Shown here in pieces: positions 27,397 to 40,062 of a DNA stretch of 64,000 bases (position 1 is its first letter; each line of letters opens with the position of its first letter). The stretch is from Lingula anatina (lineage: Eukaryota > Animalia > Brachiopoda). The DNA lies in assembly GCA_051362555.1 (NCBI GenBank), contig CM120641.1, positions 17,174,001 through 17,238,000 of the forward strand, read 5' to 3'. The notes beneath the pieces were generated by a model. The model did no database searches, was not told the origin of the DNA, and saw only the letters and a program-made list of their open reading frames with translations. The translations under genes and the position numbers were made by a program.

Positions 27397-30300
27397 ACAA
27401 ACAGCCGGCACGCAAATTTTGCGGCACGTGGGCTGTTCGAGTACACTGATCGGAAACGAAACGTCAAGAACTTCTTCCGATTTATAAGGTGTTCTTTCGC
27501 TTTGTTTGTAATTTCAATTATAATTTCATAATCTCTTTATTATTATTATTATTTTATTTATTTATTTTTTATTTATTTATTTTTTTTTTTTTTTTGGACA
27601 TGTTGTTCAGCAATCATGAAAGTAGCATGGATCCAGTTCATTATAATGTATGCCCATGTAAGACTGCATGCAACTAGATTTGATACAGGAAACCACAGTG
27701 GGTTACGTAAGACTCGTTTTTCCGCACCTGTTCCCTCGCTATAAACTAGAATGGTGATAATGACGGTGAACATACATGTAGGTCACATTTTACAATATGT
27801 TGTTTTGTAGTCTGCTCTGGTGATTGAATTAAACACAATCATTTGGAAACATTATTTAATATATAATGTGCGCAGTCTCCATGTTGGTTATGTGCTTTTC
27901 CCATATACTATATTTTATGTATTTGTCTCTTTTTTCTTCAAATCGCTGTTCGTGGAATCGCGTGTTTGAAAATAATTGTATTTTTTGTTAGTCTTATACA
28001 CGTGTAGAGCTGTGTAAATCTACGATTTTCTTTGTATCTGAAAGACTGGGTCACACTCCGAGAGCCTGTATTCACAGTACTGACCCTAAATAAATCATTA
28101 ACCCTTACTCAGATACTTTTTTTTTTATTTGGACCCGAAACGATCTTGGGAGTAGATCTTTTCATAACAACGTTTAAGAAATACAGTGATCTACAGACAT
28201 CGGTTTTGTGTGTAGAAAGGACCTTAGAACAAACTGACCGAAAACAGAAAGTCTTTTCTAAACGCTCCAGCTGTCGGATGTACTAGACTTTGATAAGCGC
28301 TCTAATCAGTGATAAGTGTTAAATAAGCGCTGTATCTCACTGGCTTCTAAACAATAGATATAATAAGAAAAGCGGACCTGACCATTAGCCTACTGCCATC
28401 ACTGAAGTTTACGTCAAACTCGTCATGAAGACACCAATTTTATTTATTGTTTTATCGCGGATGCAGCAGTTGAATCTATTGACTGAAATGCTTTGACTGA
28501 TAGGGGTGTAACTTACCGTTGCACTTCCAAGTCATTGAGTTGACCATCATCAGCAGCATCTCTATCGGCATCAATATCTTCAGCATTGTCGTCTGATCAA
28601 CCAGTATGGGATGAACATGTGCATATAAAAACAACAGCGAGGACACGTTGATAGATGCATGCTCCAGTATATTTACATGCACTTATGCTATTTCCACTTA
28701 TATGTTTTTAACACACGCTCCTGAAAAAACTCCTAGATTGGTGGCTATGAAAGGTCCACAGTCGGAATAGATTCCGAGCTGTTTGTTTCCAAATTGGGAA
28801 GCTAACCCTGGACGTTCACACTTGCTGCAAGTACATGTATAAGCATAATAAGTAGCTGTATTTATTACCTTCAAACAATTTCAACTTTACTTAACGGCAT
28901 TCGGTTTCCAAAGAGTGGAGATGCCAGAGTGGACACGTTTGATTTTTTAAAAATAAATTACATTCACAAAAAGCATTTGAAGCTGCATCGCCATCGCCAA
29001 TGAATTGTTTGCAACAGCAAAGGCTGTCATATATTTCTTTACTGACTTTTACTTTTTTGATTCATTTTTATGCATTTACCTTTCTTGACAATCAAGTTAC
29101 TAACTTATTTCCAATACACAAATTCTACTCTTGTCATTGATTCGGTCTGTTCATAAAGTTTATTCCTTTTCAATATTAAAATCCTTATGACACCATCGAT
29201 CTCACTTGCGGTCGCACATGTGTTTGTAAACCTGTGAATATAAAGGTCCGCATATGAATTTGACCTGATGTAGCAAAGTGTATTTTGCAATAATAATCAC
29301 CACAAGACGGTCGAGCACACGAGAAAACTATATATAATTGGCATAAAAGTTTGACTAAACTAATTAAACCGCCATTTATTAGAGTAAACATATTAAGGCA
29401 ATAAACGGCAGTAATTTCAATGTAATTGCTTTTTTTTCTTCACATGAAAGTCGACCTGTCCGTAGCTGATGCAATTGCCAGGCCTTGCGATTTAAAGCTC
29501 TCTGAAAACCTTTATCTGTATGTCCTCGCATTACATGGAAAGGACATAGACATAGTGATAATGAAGGTTTGATTTTAGTGATATTCATAATGCCAGCTGC
29601 ACCCTTTTCGGAAACGGTTAAGGCATACTGATAATGAGGGTAGGTTTGCTGCGACCACAAAGATTCCTAATTGCTAGGACTTGTCTTGAGTACATTAAGG
29701 TTAAGGTTTAAGTGCATAATATGTACATTTTAACCCTTGGGAGAAATTAATGGATCACCTCTCAAGTCAACTGGGCAAAATGAATGAGAGAAAATGAAAT
29801 CTGAACCTAAGTGAGAGCCAACTGGACTTCAGATATTGTTGATCATCTTTGTTTTTTTTTTCTTAGAACAAAACGTAGTTTTTACACTTTAAGGTATCAA
29901 AAGGCAGCTAAGATGTTCTTTCCGACATCTCAATAATTCTTGTGTCAGGTAGCCAAAGTGCCACTGATTGTTTATCGCCCTCTCTCTCCCCCCCCCCCCT
30001 TGAAGTTGTATCTTATTGGCAGTCATCTTGATAATAAAAAAAGGTGATTTAAAAGTTTTGTTTCATTTTCCTTTGAGTTAAAAAATGCGTGTTTTGTGGC
30101 ATAGAGATGGAGTTATACGAATCCCTGACAGCAGAAACATTTAATGCAGCTTTTCTGTGCATTTATCAATGTACGTTGGTGGTCATCTTTTACGAAAAAT
30201 AAAATAATGAGGCACAATAGCATATCCAATTAGACTTATTGTCCATAACATATGTATTTGGGCATTTGTTTAAATTTTTTTCAGTCGTATTATACAAGAT

Positions 30301-31249
30301 CCATGATTGTTTTTCTATTTTTGATTTCGAATCGGCGGCCATCGTGAAAAATGCTCAATGTCTCCAAGTAGCAACCAAGCTAATTTTAATTCTCTAGTTT
30401 GAAATAACGCACTTTTGTAAAAAAAAAAAGTTACAAAAAAGATATTGCAGGGTAAGCATTTTGGCACCTCGACTACTATATTCATTAGTTGGATACAGAC
30501 TTGCGTGGCACCCATATATATATATATACTTGTATGAACCAAGTTAAAACCCACATATGTCATACCCACATATTTACGCAGCCTTTACTAATGCGCATCC
30601 AGGGAATCAGCTGGGTACAAGTCACTCAGTAGATAAGAGAAAAATTGAAAAAAGTTTATCGCTTAGAAAAAAATTGTTTTTCGCCCATTTTATCTAACAC
30701 ATTGCCAAACCAATATTTCTGGGATAAAAATAAGATTTCCAATCTCATACGTAAGAACCATCGGCTCGGCTTTTACCAGGATTCTGCAGAATGCTGCTCT
30801 GTCATGACGCTGAACTATCGGATGGTTAAATTGTTTTACAGACTTAAGAGGATTATTCAACAGACCGAAAATTGTCAATATTGGCTAATGCATGTATTTT
30901 GAAATGAATCAATGGCATGAAATAAACGATTTGCTTGGCGGATGAAAGGGCTGGAGTGGTGCTTAGGTATTTAGAAATGCAATTGCCGTGAGGGGAAACC
31001 ACAGGTATTGACTTTTCATGACGTTATTCGCAAACAAAGCATGTCCTCAGCCTTTTTTCTTGTTCTTCCGCGAAAAAGTGAAATCGGTTGCTCGGATAGA
31101 ACGAATTTCATGGTGGATGAAGGGTTTAGATGATGCTCTGGCATACAGAAACAGACTAATGTGAGGTTAAAAATGCACGCACTGGCTTTCCATGGTTTTA
31201 AACAAATATAAAACGTGTCCTCAGTTTCTCTTCTATTTAAGGAAAGATG

Positions 31250-31360
31250 TTTCCGTTTTTGATGCAGCCATATATCAGAGTTCTTTCTTTCTTTGTTTTT
31301 CTCCGTTTTTCCGTTTTGCTGCAGCCATACATCAGATTGCTTTCTTTCTATTTTTTCTTC
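31250..31360 (+). repeat. Imperfect tandem duplication, ~58-bp unit x2
   Basis: TTTCCGTTTT(T)G(A/C)TGCAGCCATA(T/C)ATCAGA(G/T)T(T/G)CTTTCTTTCT occurs twice. Confidence 0.7.
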
Positions 31361-33065
31361 CCTTCTTTTCTTTTGATAATTTTAAAATCTAGCTTTCTGT
31401 TCTTTTATATCTCCACTACGCCAAATAATTGCAAAGGCAATGATATCCAGCGCCTCGTCACCCTTTAGTTCAATTCAAGTGGGGATCCTGAAACAAAATT
31501 CCTTTAGTGTATTCTACACAACTGGCAGAGCACAAATGGTGGATATGCACAACAGGGTGCATGGGCAATTCTTATTCAAAACCATGCACTGTCATACACG
31601 CACACATCTAATTGCAGGTTCCCATCTTCGACGTTAATGAAAGCAAAACTGTAAATTATAAAATGCGAATCTTTCACATGAGGTTTATCCTTTAAGGTAT
31701 CCTCTACCATGGCGACAGCGATAATTCTGTCCATTAGATTTTCACAGATATTTCTTTGGCTATGCATTAGCTGTTATGTAAACATTTTACACAACACAAC
31801 GTCATCACATTTCTGACCACTGATAGGACCTTTATGGCACGGGAAAGGGACCACAGATGTAAATGGTATCTGATGTCTAAGTATTCTGAAAGTCAGTGCA
31901 GACTGTTGGTGCATCAATAAAAATTGGTATGTCATTTACATAGAATGTGCTTAGCTTAAAGTTCAAACCAGATAGATAAAAAATAAAAAATGTTAAAACA
32001 AGTGAAGGAGACACGACCTCTCCGTGGCTTATCTCAGGCGGAATTCGACTCTCGTTTGAGTCTAGAAATTAGTAACAAGTCCTTTTTTTAACCTACATGC
32101 ACAGCATGCGTTCGGTGGAGGAAATGTTAATAGGTCATAAAACTGTGATCTCCCAAAAAGAAATATGACGCATTGTGTTTGTGCTCTTGTCTTTTTATTT
32201 TTTATTTTTCTTGCCATGCAGTGATAAGAGCAGTCAAAGGGTTTTGGCACGAATTGCGTTTTGAAGAGTTCCAGCGAGCTAAGATGCACTTATGAACAAA
32301 AACATTGAGTGTCAGATCACCGCCTATTTTCTTCAACTCAAAAACTCAGAGTCAAATCTGTTTCCGAGATCTTTGCTGAGCCCGGGAAATGCTTTATCAT
32401 TAAAAAAAAGTGGTGAGAATTAAGTTACGTTTTGATGTAGTGGAAGGTCTCTTGACAGTATGGAGTATGAGATATGCCTTGCAGTGAGTGTTTCACTCAG
32501 TCCTAGTGGTATTGATAACATGTTGCCTGTTGGTAATGTGATAAAATTTCAGGCAGGACCCGATGGAGGAGCATCTCCCAAGACTATAACCAAAGTGGTA
32601 CGGAGAGGAAGGGGCTACTTACAGCGGAGATAGATTTGAAAATACGATGATGCATTGTCGCATGATTTTTTTATTATTGTTCAGTACAAAGTGAATATGT
32701 GACAGGGGCGTAAATGTAAAAGACAACGTGGGCTGTCACAACCTATACGTGGCGCTATATTGCGTGCTGAAAACCATAATTACAACAATTTCAGTGGTGC
32801 CGTGTGTATTAAAATATGAGAACACCTTACACGCTATGTTATTCAATGAGCTATAGCGTGCATGCGTTTTGCAGTTTGAGACATTGTCGAGATTAGTAAG
32901 TGTAAATAACTTTTATGAAGCTTAATATCAAACTTCTTGTCCAAGTGAGACAAAGTCGTTCATCTTTAGCTACACTTTAGTTCTGGTCCCTTTGAAAGGC
33001 ATACCTGTTTGTTTATTATCTGAATTGTCTTGATGCCTTGTGTAGGCTAAAGAATTCAGTGACCA

Positions 33066-33905
33066 TTAGCATATGACACAGTCGTTTTTTCTAGGGTCTT
33101 TAGATTGTTTATTTTTGGGTTTGCTACCTCTTCTTACCAAGCTTCTGCTTCTCGTGAATTTGTCACTGATTTCTGTTTGTTCCTCGTCATTGTTACTGGG
33201 ACTGAACGTCGGCAAATTAAAAACGCTTCTACGCCGTCCTTTACCTTTTTCTCCCGTACTAGGTGGCGCAAGCAAAGACGGTGATTGGGACGTGTCTTTT
33301 GGGGGTACCGCCTCTTTCTCAAGTTCCACATTGGCACTGGCGCGTCTTTGTTTGAGCATGAAGTCCAGATGCTGCGCTTCCGGTATCTTGGCTTGATCAA
33401 TGAGCTTCTGAAATATGTCTAATATACCAATGTCTTCTTTGGCAGACACGGAAACGTGATAATTTAATAAAGCTTCTCTATCGACCCATTCTTGGACTTC
33501 CTCCTCTCCCACTTGCCTCTCGTTCTCGGGAATGTCATTTTTACTTCCAGTAATGCAAATAGGAATATCTTGGAAATTGTGACGTTGCTCCTTTATTTGT
33601 TCCCAAAGGGTTTTTACCTCCTCGAAAGAAGCGTGGTCATTATAGGCATACACTAACAGAAAGGCGTGTGCCGTTGAGATAGATAACCGCCGCATGGCAG
33701 GGAATGCAAAATTTCCAGCGGTGTCCAAAATATCAACTTTTATCCGGGCGCCATTGATATCGTACTCTTTGCAGTATAAATCCTCCACGGTTTCCTTATA
33801 TTTTTCTGTGTACGAATGTTTCATAAACCTTTTAATGATAGATGTCTTTCCTACTCGCCCTGATCCTAAAACCACCAAGCGATGTCTGTTTTCAAATTCA
33901 CCCAT
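33066..33905 (-). CDS. RASD: RASD (Dexras1/Rhes)-like Ras family small GTPase, paralog B, 279 aa, intronless CDS
   Basis: ATG at 33905 (MGEFENRHRLVVLGSGRVGKT). DTAGNFAFPAMRRLSISTAHAF, G4 reads SKND, G5 SAK. Tail RSRSLVRRGSKPK and CAAX CVIC. Clearly paralogous to 19931-20767. Confidence 0.93.
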   Translation of the reverse strand: MGEFENRHRLVVLGSGRVGKTSIIKRFMKHSYTEKYKETVEDLYCKEYDINGARIKVDILDTAGNFAFPAMRRLSISTAHAFLLVYAYNDHASFEEVKTLWEQIKEQRHNFQDIPICITGSKNDIPENERQVGEEEVQEWVDREALLNYHVSVSAKEDIGILDIFQKLIDQAKIPEAQHLDFMLKQRRASANVELEKEAVPPKDTSQSPSLLAPPSTGEKGKGRRRSVFNLPTFSPSNNDEEQTEISDKFTRSRSLVRRGSKPKNKQSKDPRKNDCVIC

Positions 33906-34024
33906 TGTTCGTTCAATGTTAACAGTCGTGAACACCAAATCTCAAATAACTTCTTATCATCTAGCCCCAGTTGGTGCAAATTGGCTTGTTTCAGATATGA
34001 AACAGAAAACGTAACAGAAGCCGC

Positions 34025-34135
34025 CGTGGCCAATAACATCCATGTATAATATTACTCAAGTCGATTGGCAGTGTTCTGATTAGGCACCTGCAAGGTCTGC
34101 CCAATCCCAGAGTAGATGTCACGGATTGGCAGTCT
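34025..34135 (-). promoter_or_regulatory. CCAAT-box cluster upstream of RASD paralog B
   Basis: CCAAT/ATTGG at 34030, 34064, 34101 and 34125, plus an E-box CACCTG at 34085. All lie 120-230 bp upstream of the ATG. Confidence 0.45.
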
Positions 34136-35059
34136 GACTCCCGAGTTGTTGGGAATTCTGTTGTTCTAAGAAAAAAAGTTGTGCTAATTGTCTTATATGA
34201 CGCTACGTAGAACCTAGTAGGTAGAATGCACTGAATTAGTGACGAATACTTCCTTTGCCATGGATCGCAGTGGATCTGTAAAATAATGAGGAAATGTTGC
34301 GTTGATTTAACTCTTCAGGGATTAATATCTAGGTAACTATACTTATCAAAATCAACATCTACACGAAGAAATAAATGCCTCTCATTTGAAACATAAAAAG
34401 GGCATTGGTTCAAACTGGATTGATTGCATTGCGTACGGTCTTCGCAGATTCTTTTAGTCCTTTATCCATCTGTCAATATCTTATCAGCTTAATGAAGCAC
34501 ATTATTTCGATTTGATCTAATTACCGAGAGAGTGAGAGAGAGAGCTAGGGGAGGGGAATGTCACTGTGATCTTAAATGTGCAGTTGCTATTTGCTTAAAT
34601 GACACAACAGGCGTTATGAAATCATTATTCTAACTATCATAATGCCTTTACATTAGACCTACCTTCCCCCTTCTGTCTAAAGTTTACGTATACAGGACGA
34701 TAATTCCCATAATTAACTGCAAACTTGCATTGCTTAATATCATGCAGTAATCCTTTAAACTGAACTCTTCATGGATGAATATATCACGCAATAAGCACCG
34801 AAATCATCGTATATATATAAACCTGATGAACGTAATATGAATCTTAGTTTCACCAGCGCAGATGCGAGATCCATTCCATTTTACTATTACTTTTACTAGC
34901 ATTCCTAATGACCCGCATCATATTATTTGCAATATGGGAGCCTGGCAGGTTAATATCATACTGAAGCATATGCATCATTATGGGGGTAAAATGTTTCAGA
35001 TTAACTCGAAACTCCCTGATATCCAAATATTTTATTAATTTCTCAAGTATATTGCCCCG

Positions 35060-35097
35060 TTTGTTTGTTTGTTTGTTTGTTTGTTTGTTTGTTTGTT
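35060..35097. repeat. (TTTG)n microsatellite
   Basis: Seen directly in the sequence. Confidence 0.9.
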
Positions 35098-36506
35098 TTT
35101 GGCCAGATTTTCTTGTAACGATATAGGGGACAATCTTAGAGATTTTGGTTTTAAATTTTTTTCGTAGATTGTTAATAAAGCTAAACTGAATCCTATTGAT
35201 TTTCATTAGGATTATGGTAACGGTTTATTTTTAAAAAATGAGGTTTTTAAATATTAACATTTGCGAGAGAGGCTAGGAGAGAGCCTCAGAGACAGGTGAA
35301 GCATAGCAACTATCAACAAGCTGCCACACCTGTCATTTATGATGACCGCCTCTAAACGGCTCAAATTCCCGTGAACTATCTGTATGATATAAGTGATAGA
35401 TACAATACGAGTCGCGAGCTGTACGTGAAATATTACGAGTGTATTGTCGAGCCACAGGCCAAACAATGCACGAGTAATTTTCACGTACAGCTCAGCGACG
35501 AGTTTGCATCTGGCTTAAACCACGATCTCTTATTGGCTACTACACTATTGAGTAACAAGAGTGCAACAGACCGTGGAACGCGACGTGCTTGTAAATCAAA
35601 TACACCACGGCCGAGTCTTTGGTTTAATGCGCTCGCCGTGGTTTAAATTATTGTTAAGAGATTAGGTGGCTTGCTTCCAAGTGTACACCATATTTGGTTG
35701 TGAATGCTCCCTTTGCAGTTCTTTCTATCAGAACATTAAAAGTGACAAGGATAAGTTGAACCTTTTAACCGCCATATTTTACGGAAAGTTAAGACTTAAA
35801 AAGCAATCCAAACTCTGTGTGCCAAAGAACGAGACTGAAAGATTCCGTTTTTTAAATAATTTTTAGGGGTCTGTATTTATTTTTAACTTAATTTTATCTT
35901 AATGTTAATCTTTTTTAAAAGTTTCATTTGAATAAATATTTTACAACTTCAACTTTGTAGTTGCAGTGATTTTAAATAAACTTTTATCGTTATTATTTTA
36001 TCGTTCCTGTTTTTGCAAGATTTTTTAAACATGTTACCCCAGTACATTTACTTATTACTGTACGCAAGTCTTTGCTGTATTGACCAATTTTATCCTTTTA
36101 ATTCACTTGTCTTATGAGTCAACAAAAACAGAAGTACATTGCATGTACTTATAAAAATTATTACGATTGATATTCAATAAGATGTTTACTGTTACAAAAT
36201 TAGTGCTGCGTCTGCAACAGCTATTAATTAATTTGACGTGAAATATGTAGCGGAATATTCATTCATTGAGAATTTATGTTACGAACGATGATGTGATCTT
36301 ATCGTACCTGATACCTGACATAAAAATCAGTCGTACTGACAGTAAACGGATGTTAAAATATACGTCAACTTTTTCTTGCTTGAGAATTTTTTTTATCAAT
36401 TTTGTAAATGGACTCAAAACAGAGCACCTGATTCATTCTAAAAAAAACTGTGCAGTCATTCAGAGCTCAATCATTAAATGAAAAAAATGGAATAAAACAA
36501 AACGTT

Positions 36507-36547
36507 GGGACGGGTCGAATAATGATTTGTGAGCAGGAGAAATTTTC
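36507..36547 (+). repeat. Dispersed repeat fragment (second copy at ~42683-42722)
   Basis: GGGACGGGTCGAATAATGATTTGTGAGCAGGAGAAATT versus GGGACGGGTTGAACAATGATTTGTGAGTAGAAGAAAAT. Confidence 0.6.
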
Positions 36548-38229
36548 CTTTTTTTCCCCCGCGGAAAATTCGTATTTGCGGGGGAAAACTTGTATAGATG
36601 CCCTTTAAATTAGAGTTTGATTACCCAGCCAGCTATCAATGAAGCGCCTATTTTATTTTCCAATCGTAATTAGTCCGCAGTGTAGAGCTCTTGGCTACGC
36701 CTTAGCACCTTTTCTGCTACACGTTAATTGGATTACAACCGTATCCATTTGTTAATTAACGTTACCTAGCAACCTAGAATTAATCATGTCTTCGACAATA
36801 TTTCGATAGTACCATACTGCCAAATGCACTGAACAAATAACCTTGAGGCCACGATCCAAAGGGACCGTCAGACAATTTTATGATTCCGGCATGATACCAG
36901 ATTATCCTTGGGATATTGTTTCAGAATTAGATTACGCCATTTAGCATCATAGGAATCTTGCAAAAACGCTACCAGACAAAACGAAGCAAGACTAGTATCT
37001 TTCGTATTGATTGCTTTAGATGCAACTACAATACAGGATATAATAAAGCAAGTTGCGTAATGCAAAGCAAGGTGAAAACAAAATTTTAGATACCTCTACT
37101 TTTTCTTTACGTCAAAGAAACCGTTCGCGACTACAACCAATTCTTGTTGCGTTAAAAACATTGCAACTTAGTCAAGTCCACACTAGCCGTTGCCATTCCT
37201 TTTCCCCACTGTGATTTATTGTACTGTTATGACGATCACTGTGTGCCAGATGCCCTTTGAGTTTTGAAGGAAAACGAACACTTTGTTGCTTAGAAACAAA
37301 AAGGTTTGCGCTTTGTTGCTCCTTTTTTATTTACCCACTGTTAGCCGTGACTGTTAGCCTCGACGCAATTTTTATTTTTTTAACAAGTACTCGTTGCATA
37401 AAATATTCGGAATGATGCTAGTTTTATACAACATAAAGGATATTTCTGGTAAAAATAGTTAAAATTGCAATAGAGGTGAATATGTGAGCTTCCTGGCGCA
37501 TTCTGGTGTGTAAATTGGCAGATTTTTGCAGGCTACTTGTCTTAGTTACGGTGCGGTCACTGTGTATGGCTGCACTGAAAACAATTTCTTCTAAGTGGTA
37601 CATTCATACATGATAAAATGCGTTTAATAGAGTTAGTGTAGCTGTGTAATGTGTTTAGTGCCGTATACATACCAGACAATAGTCAAATATCCCGTCCCCA
37701 GACCCTCACATAATAATATTTTCCCGCTGTTTCCAATGGATTAACATCAGATAATAACATTATGAAAACACGTAGTATTTTTACATGCAATACCCAATAT
37801 AACTTTTCTGATTGCCTGGCATAGACTTTGGCTAATGGACATTGTCTACACTGAAGTTACTTTACTTTTAGAATTAGATATGTCAGTGTGTTAACTGCTG
37901 TTGAACCATTAATATCGACTACTTCCAAATCCTCATAACTTGCGGGCAATTCAGAAACCCGTTTCATGTGCTGCGTACTGTTGTTACATATACGAATCTT
38001 TATTACTTTAAATGTTGTCTTAAATCTGAATAGCGTGCTTTTTACCTATACCCTCTAATATCAGGGGCCTCTAACATAGCATACAAAATTAAACTATCAG
38101 CCCCTGTGGGAAAATATCCAATCTGCTTGTCTGATGTTATGTAACTACACCGCCCCTACTCGCCCCTTAAACGTTGGCTATACAGCAGAAGAGGATAAGT
38201 GCGGGGTAGGGTGGGTATCCGGAGTAATA

Positions 38230-38522
38230 AGAGTGCATTCAGAATAAGTTGATCCTCGAACTTACAGATTTGCGGATCAAATATGGCCGACCCAGTTAAA
38301 AGGCAGCCGCTTATAATCCCCTGAGAGTCTCGACGCCTCTTCATGCGCCGTCCCTGCAGGAGCCTAGCAATTACACCTCGGAGCCGAGATTGAATCCATT
38401 TAGTGGCGCGTGTGGAGGCGGTGAGACCATCAGAGGATTAAGCGGCTTCCTTTGATGAGGGGTCGGCCATATTTAACCCGCGGATCAGTAAGTCCGCGGA
38501 TCATCAGTTCAGAATGGCCTCT
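38230..38522. mobile_element. Hairpin MITE, ~293 bp
   Basis: Inverted arms of ~120 bp, including AAATATGGCCGACCC / GGGTCGGCCATATTT and AGCCGCTT / AAGCGGCT. Ends are AGAGTGCATTCAGAA and TTCAGAATGGCCTCT, flanked by TA. Confidence 0.78.
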
Positions 38523-38930
38523 TAAGTCTGAAGCCATGCTGGACAGGCGGTACAAATAACCTGATCTCATGTCCATTGTTGACCCAAAACAGCTCCCCCT
38601 CCTTCAAGCATGTTTTTGTTTGAACATCCGATGCGCAACTTGCGCTTTATAAAAGTTGTCATACATGGTGGGCTCATGGTATCAAACATTTGAGTAACCA
38701 AAAAATTTGGAAAATACTAGAAATATAGCAAAGGAAATTCTATTGTTGATATTTACTTCATTATTATTTTCATTTTATTTATTCATTTAAATTTTTATTT
38801 CTATTTTTTATTATTTTCATCTTAATTTATTTTATAAATATTTAAAACTTAACACAGTAATCTAATCTAACCCTTCAAAGAGAACCATTTGGAAGATGAG
38901 TGTACACTGTTTTACAATCTTTAGATTAAG

Positions 38931-38934
<4 letters not shown>

Positions 38935-38988
<54 letters not shown>
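38935..38988. repeat. (TTA)n microsatellite
   Basis: Seen directly in the sequence. Confidence 0.9.
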
Positions 38989-39968
38989 CAACATTTGGTG
39001 ACACCCCCACGTTTTCAACACTGTCATTTTATTTAGGAATGACCGACATAATCCTACCAAGTCACCTTGTTACTCACAGGTCAATAATTTTTTTAACGAT
39101 GAACTTTTGCCTGAAATTATTTATGTCATTATACTAAATCCATCCACGATTACGCAGTCTCTGCTGATTGCATTAATAGAACTGTGCTGGCGCGAATCCA
39201 AATGGCACATACGTCTTGTTATTGTGGCATAAATTGTTTTTGTTACTAGATTACTTGTCAAAGCAATGTTTTATTAAGTAATTGGATTTTAAAACGGGAC
39301 CACTATCTTTTATCTAAATCAGCTTTGATAGAAACCCTACGGTGATAAGTCAAATCTGCTGAGAGAGAAAAAAAACAGTTTCACTGTACTACAAGGTATT
39401 CCAACATCAAAGCTGTCATTAGTTTCAATCGGTTGCCTTTTGCCTTTCACACAATTGCCAGTTTGAAGTGTCATGTCGTGATGGATAACGTGACTGATGG
39501 GTGATAGTACTGCAGAGAACCATCACAAGGATGGTATTTCAAAGCAGTCATCACTCATCTAGTCAAGCTGGCAAACAGAACGACCTGTATTAAAATTTAG
39601 AGCTAAAAACCCTGTCTGTATTTCATACCCGAGGTAATATTGGGAATTCTGAATATTTCTGCAAATATAGCAAAATACCATGTGTTTTTTTTTTTCATGA
39701 CATCGTTAGACAAAAGGAAGGATTTATAGCAGCGTGCTTTGCTGTATCAAATCTCGGCAACCTTACCGTACATCAGTAATTACCAAAGGTTCATTAACCT
39801 TACTATCCTGTACACGTGGTTTTGTAGTTTATCGATCGATTGATGTACATATATGTAATGACTAACGCGATACTTGTCCCCCAGTTGGTGTGAACTGATT
39901 TCAAAACCAAAGTCAAAATCGTGTGTTTGTAAACGGGTATTTCAGGGGAATATTCAGGTATTCAGGTA

Positions 39969-39980
39969 TTCATTTAGGAA

Positions 39981-40050
<70 letters not shown>

Positions 40051-40062
40051 ATCCTAAATGAA
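39969..40062. repeat. (TA)n microsatellite at the centre of a palindrome
   Basis: TTCATTTAGGAATGCA-(TA)n-TGCAATCCTAAATGAA. The flanks are reverse complements with one mismatch. Confidence 0.85.

Larger units (their letters stand above)
22834..28678 (-). pseudogene. Possible decayed secreted C-type-lectin-like gene
   Basis: Three exon-like pieces in colinear order. 28678-28517: signal-peptide-like plus acidic stretch, with a frameshift and TGA, ending in donor GTAAGT. ~24324-24226: MKSW*FTTNTCLAS...VGFVTNQTEI. 23030-22834: WPDG...FFDW...DDDGNISSLNCTYERPSCAVC*. Resemblance judged by eye only. Confidence 0.35.

Noticed and set aside
28597-28599. In-frame TGA after a signal-like peptide, as possible selenocysteine or readthrough
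   Set aside because: The same exon also needs a frameshift at its start and the linked fragments have more stops, so pseudogenisation is simpler. No SECIS was recognised.
33906-33938. GTG-initiated extension of RASD-B
   Set aside because: Eukaryotic gene. ATG 33905 aligns with the start of paralog A.
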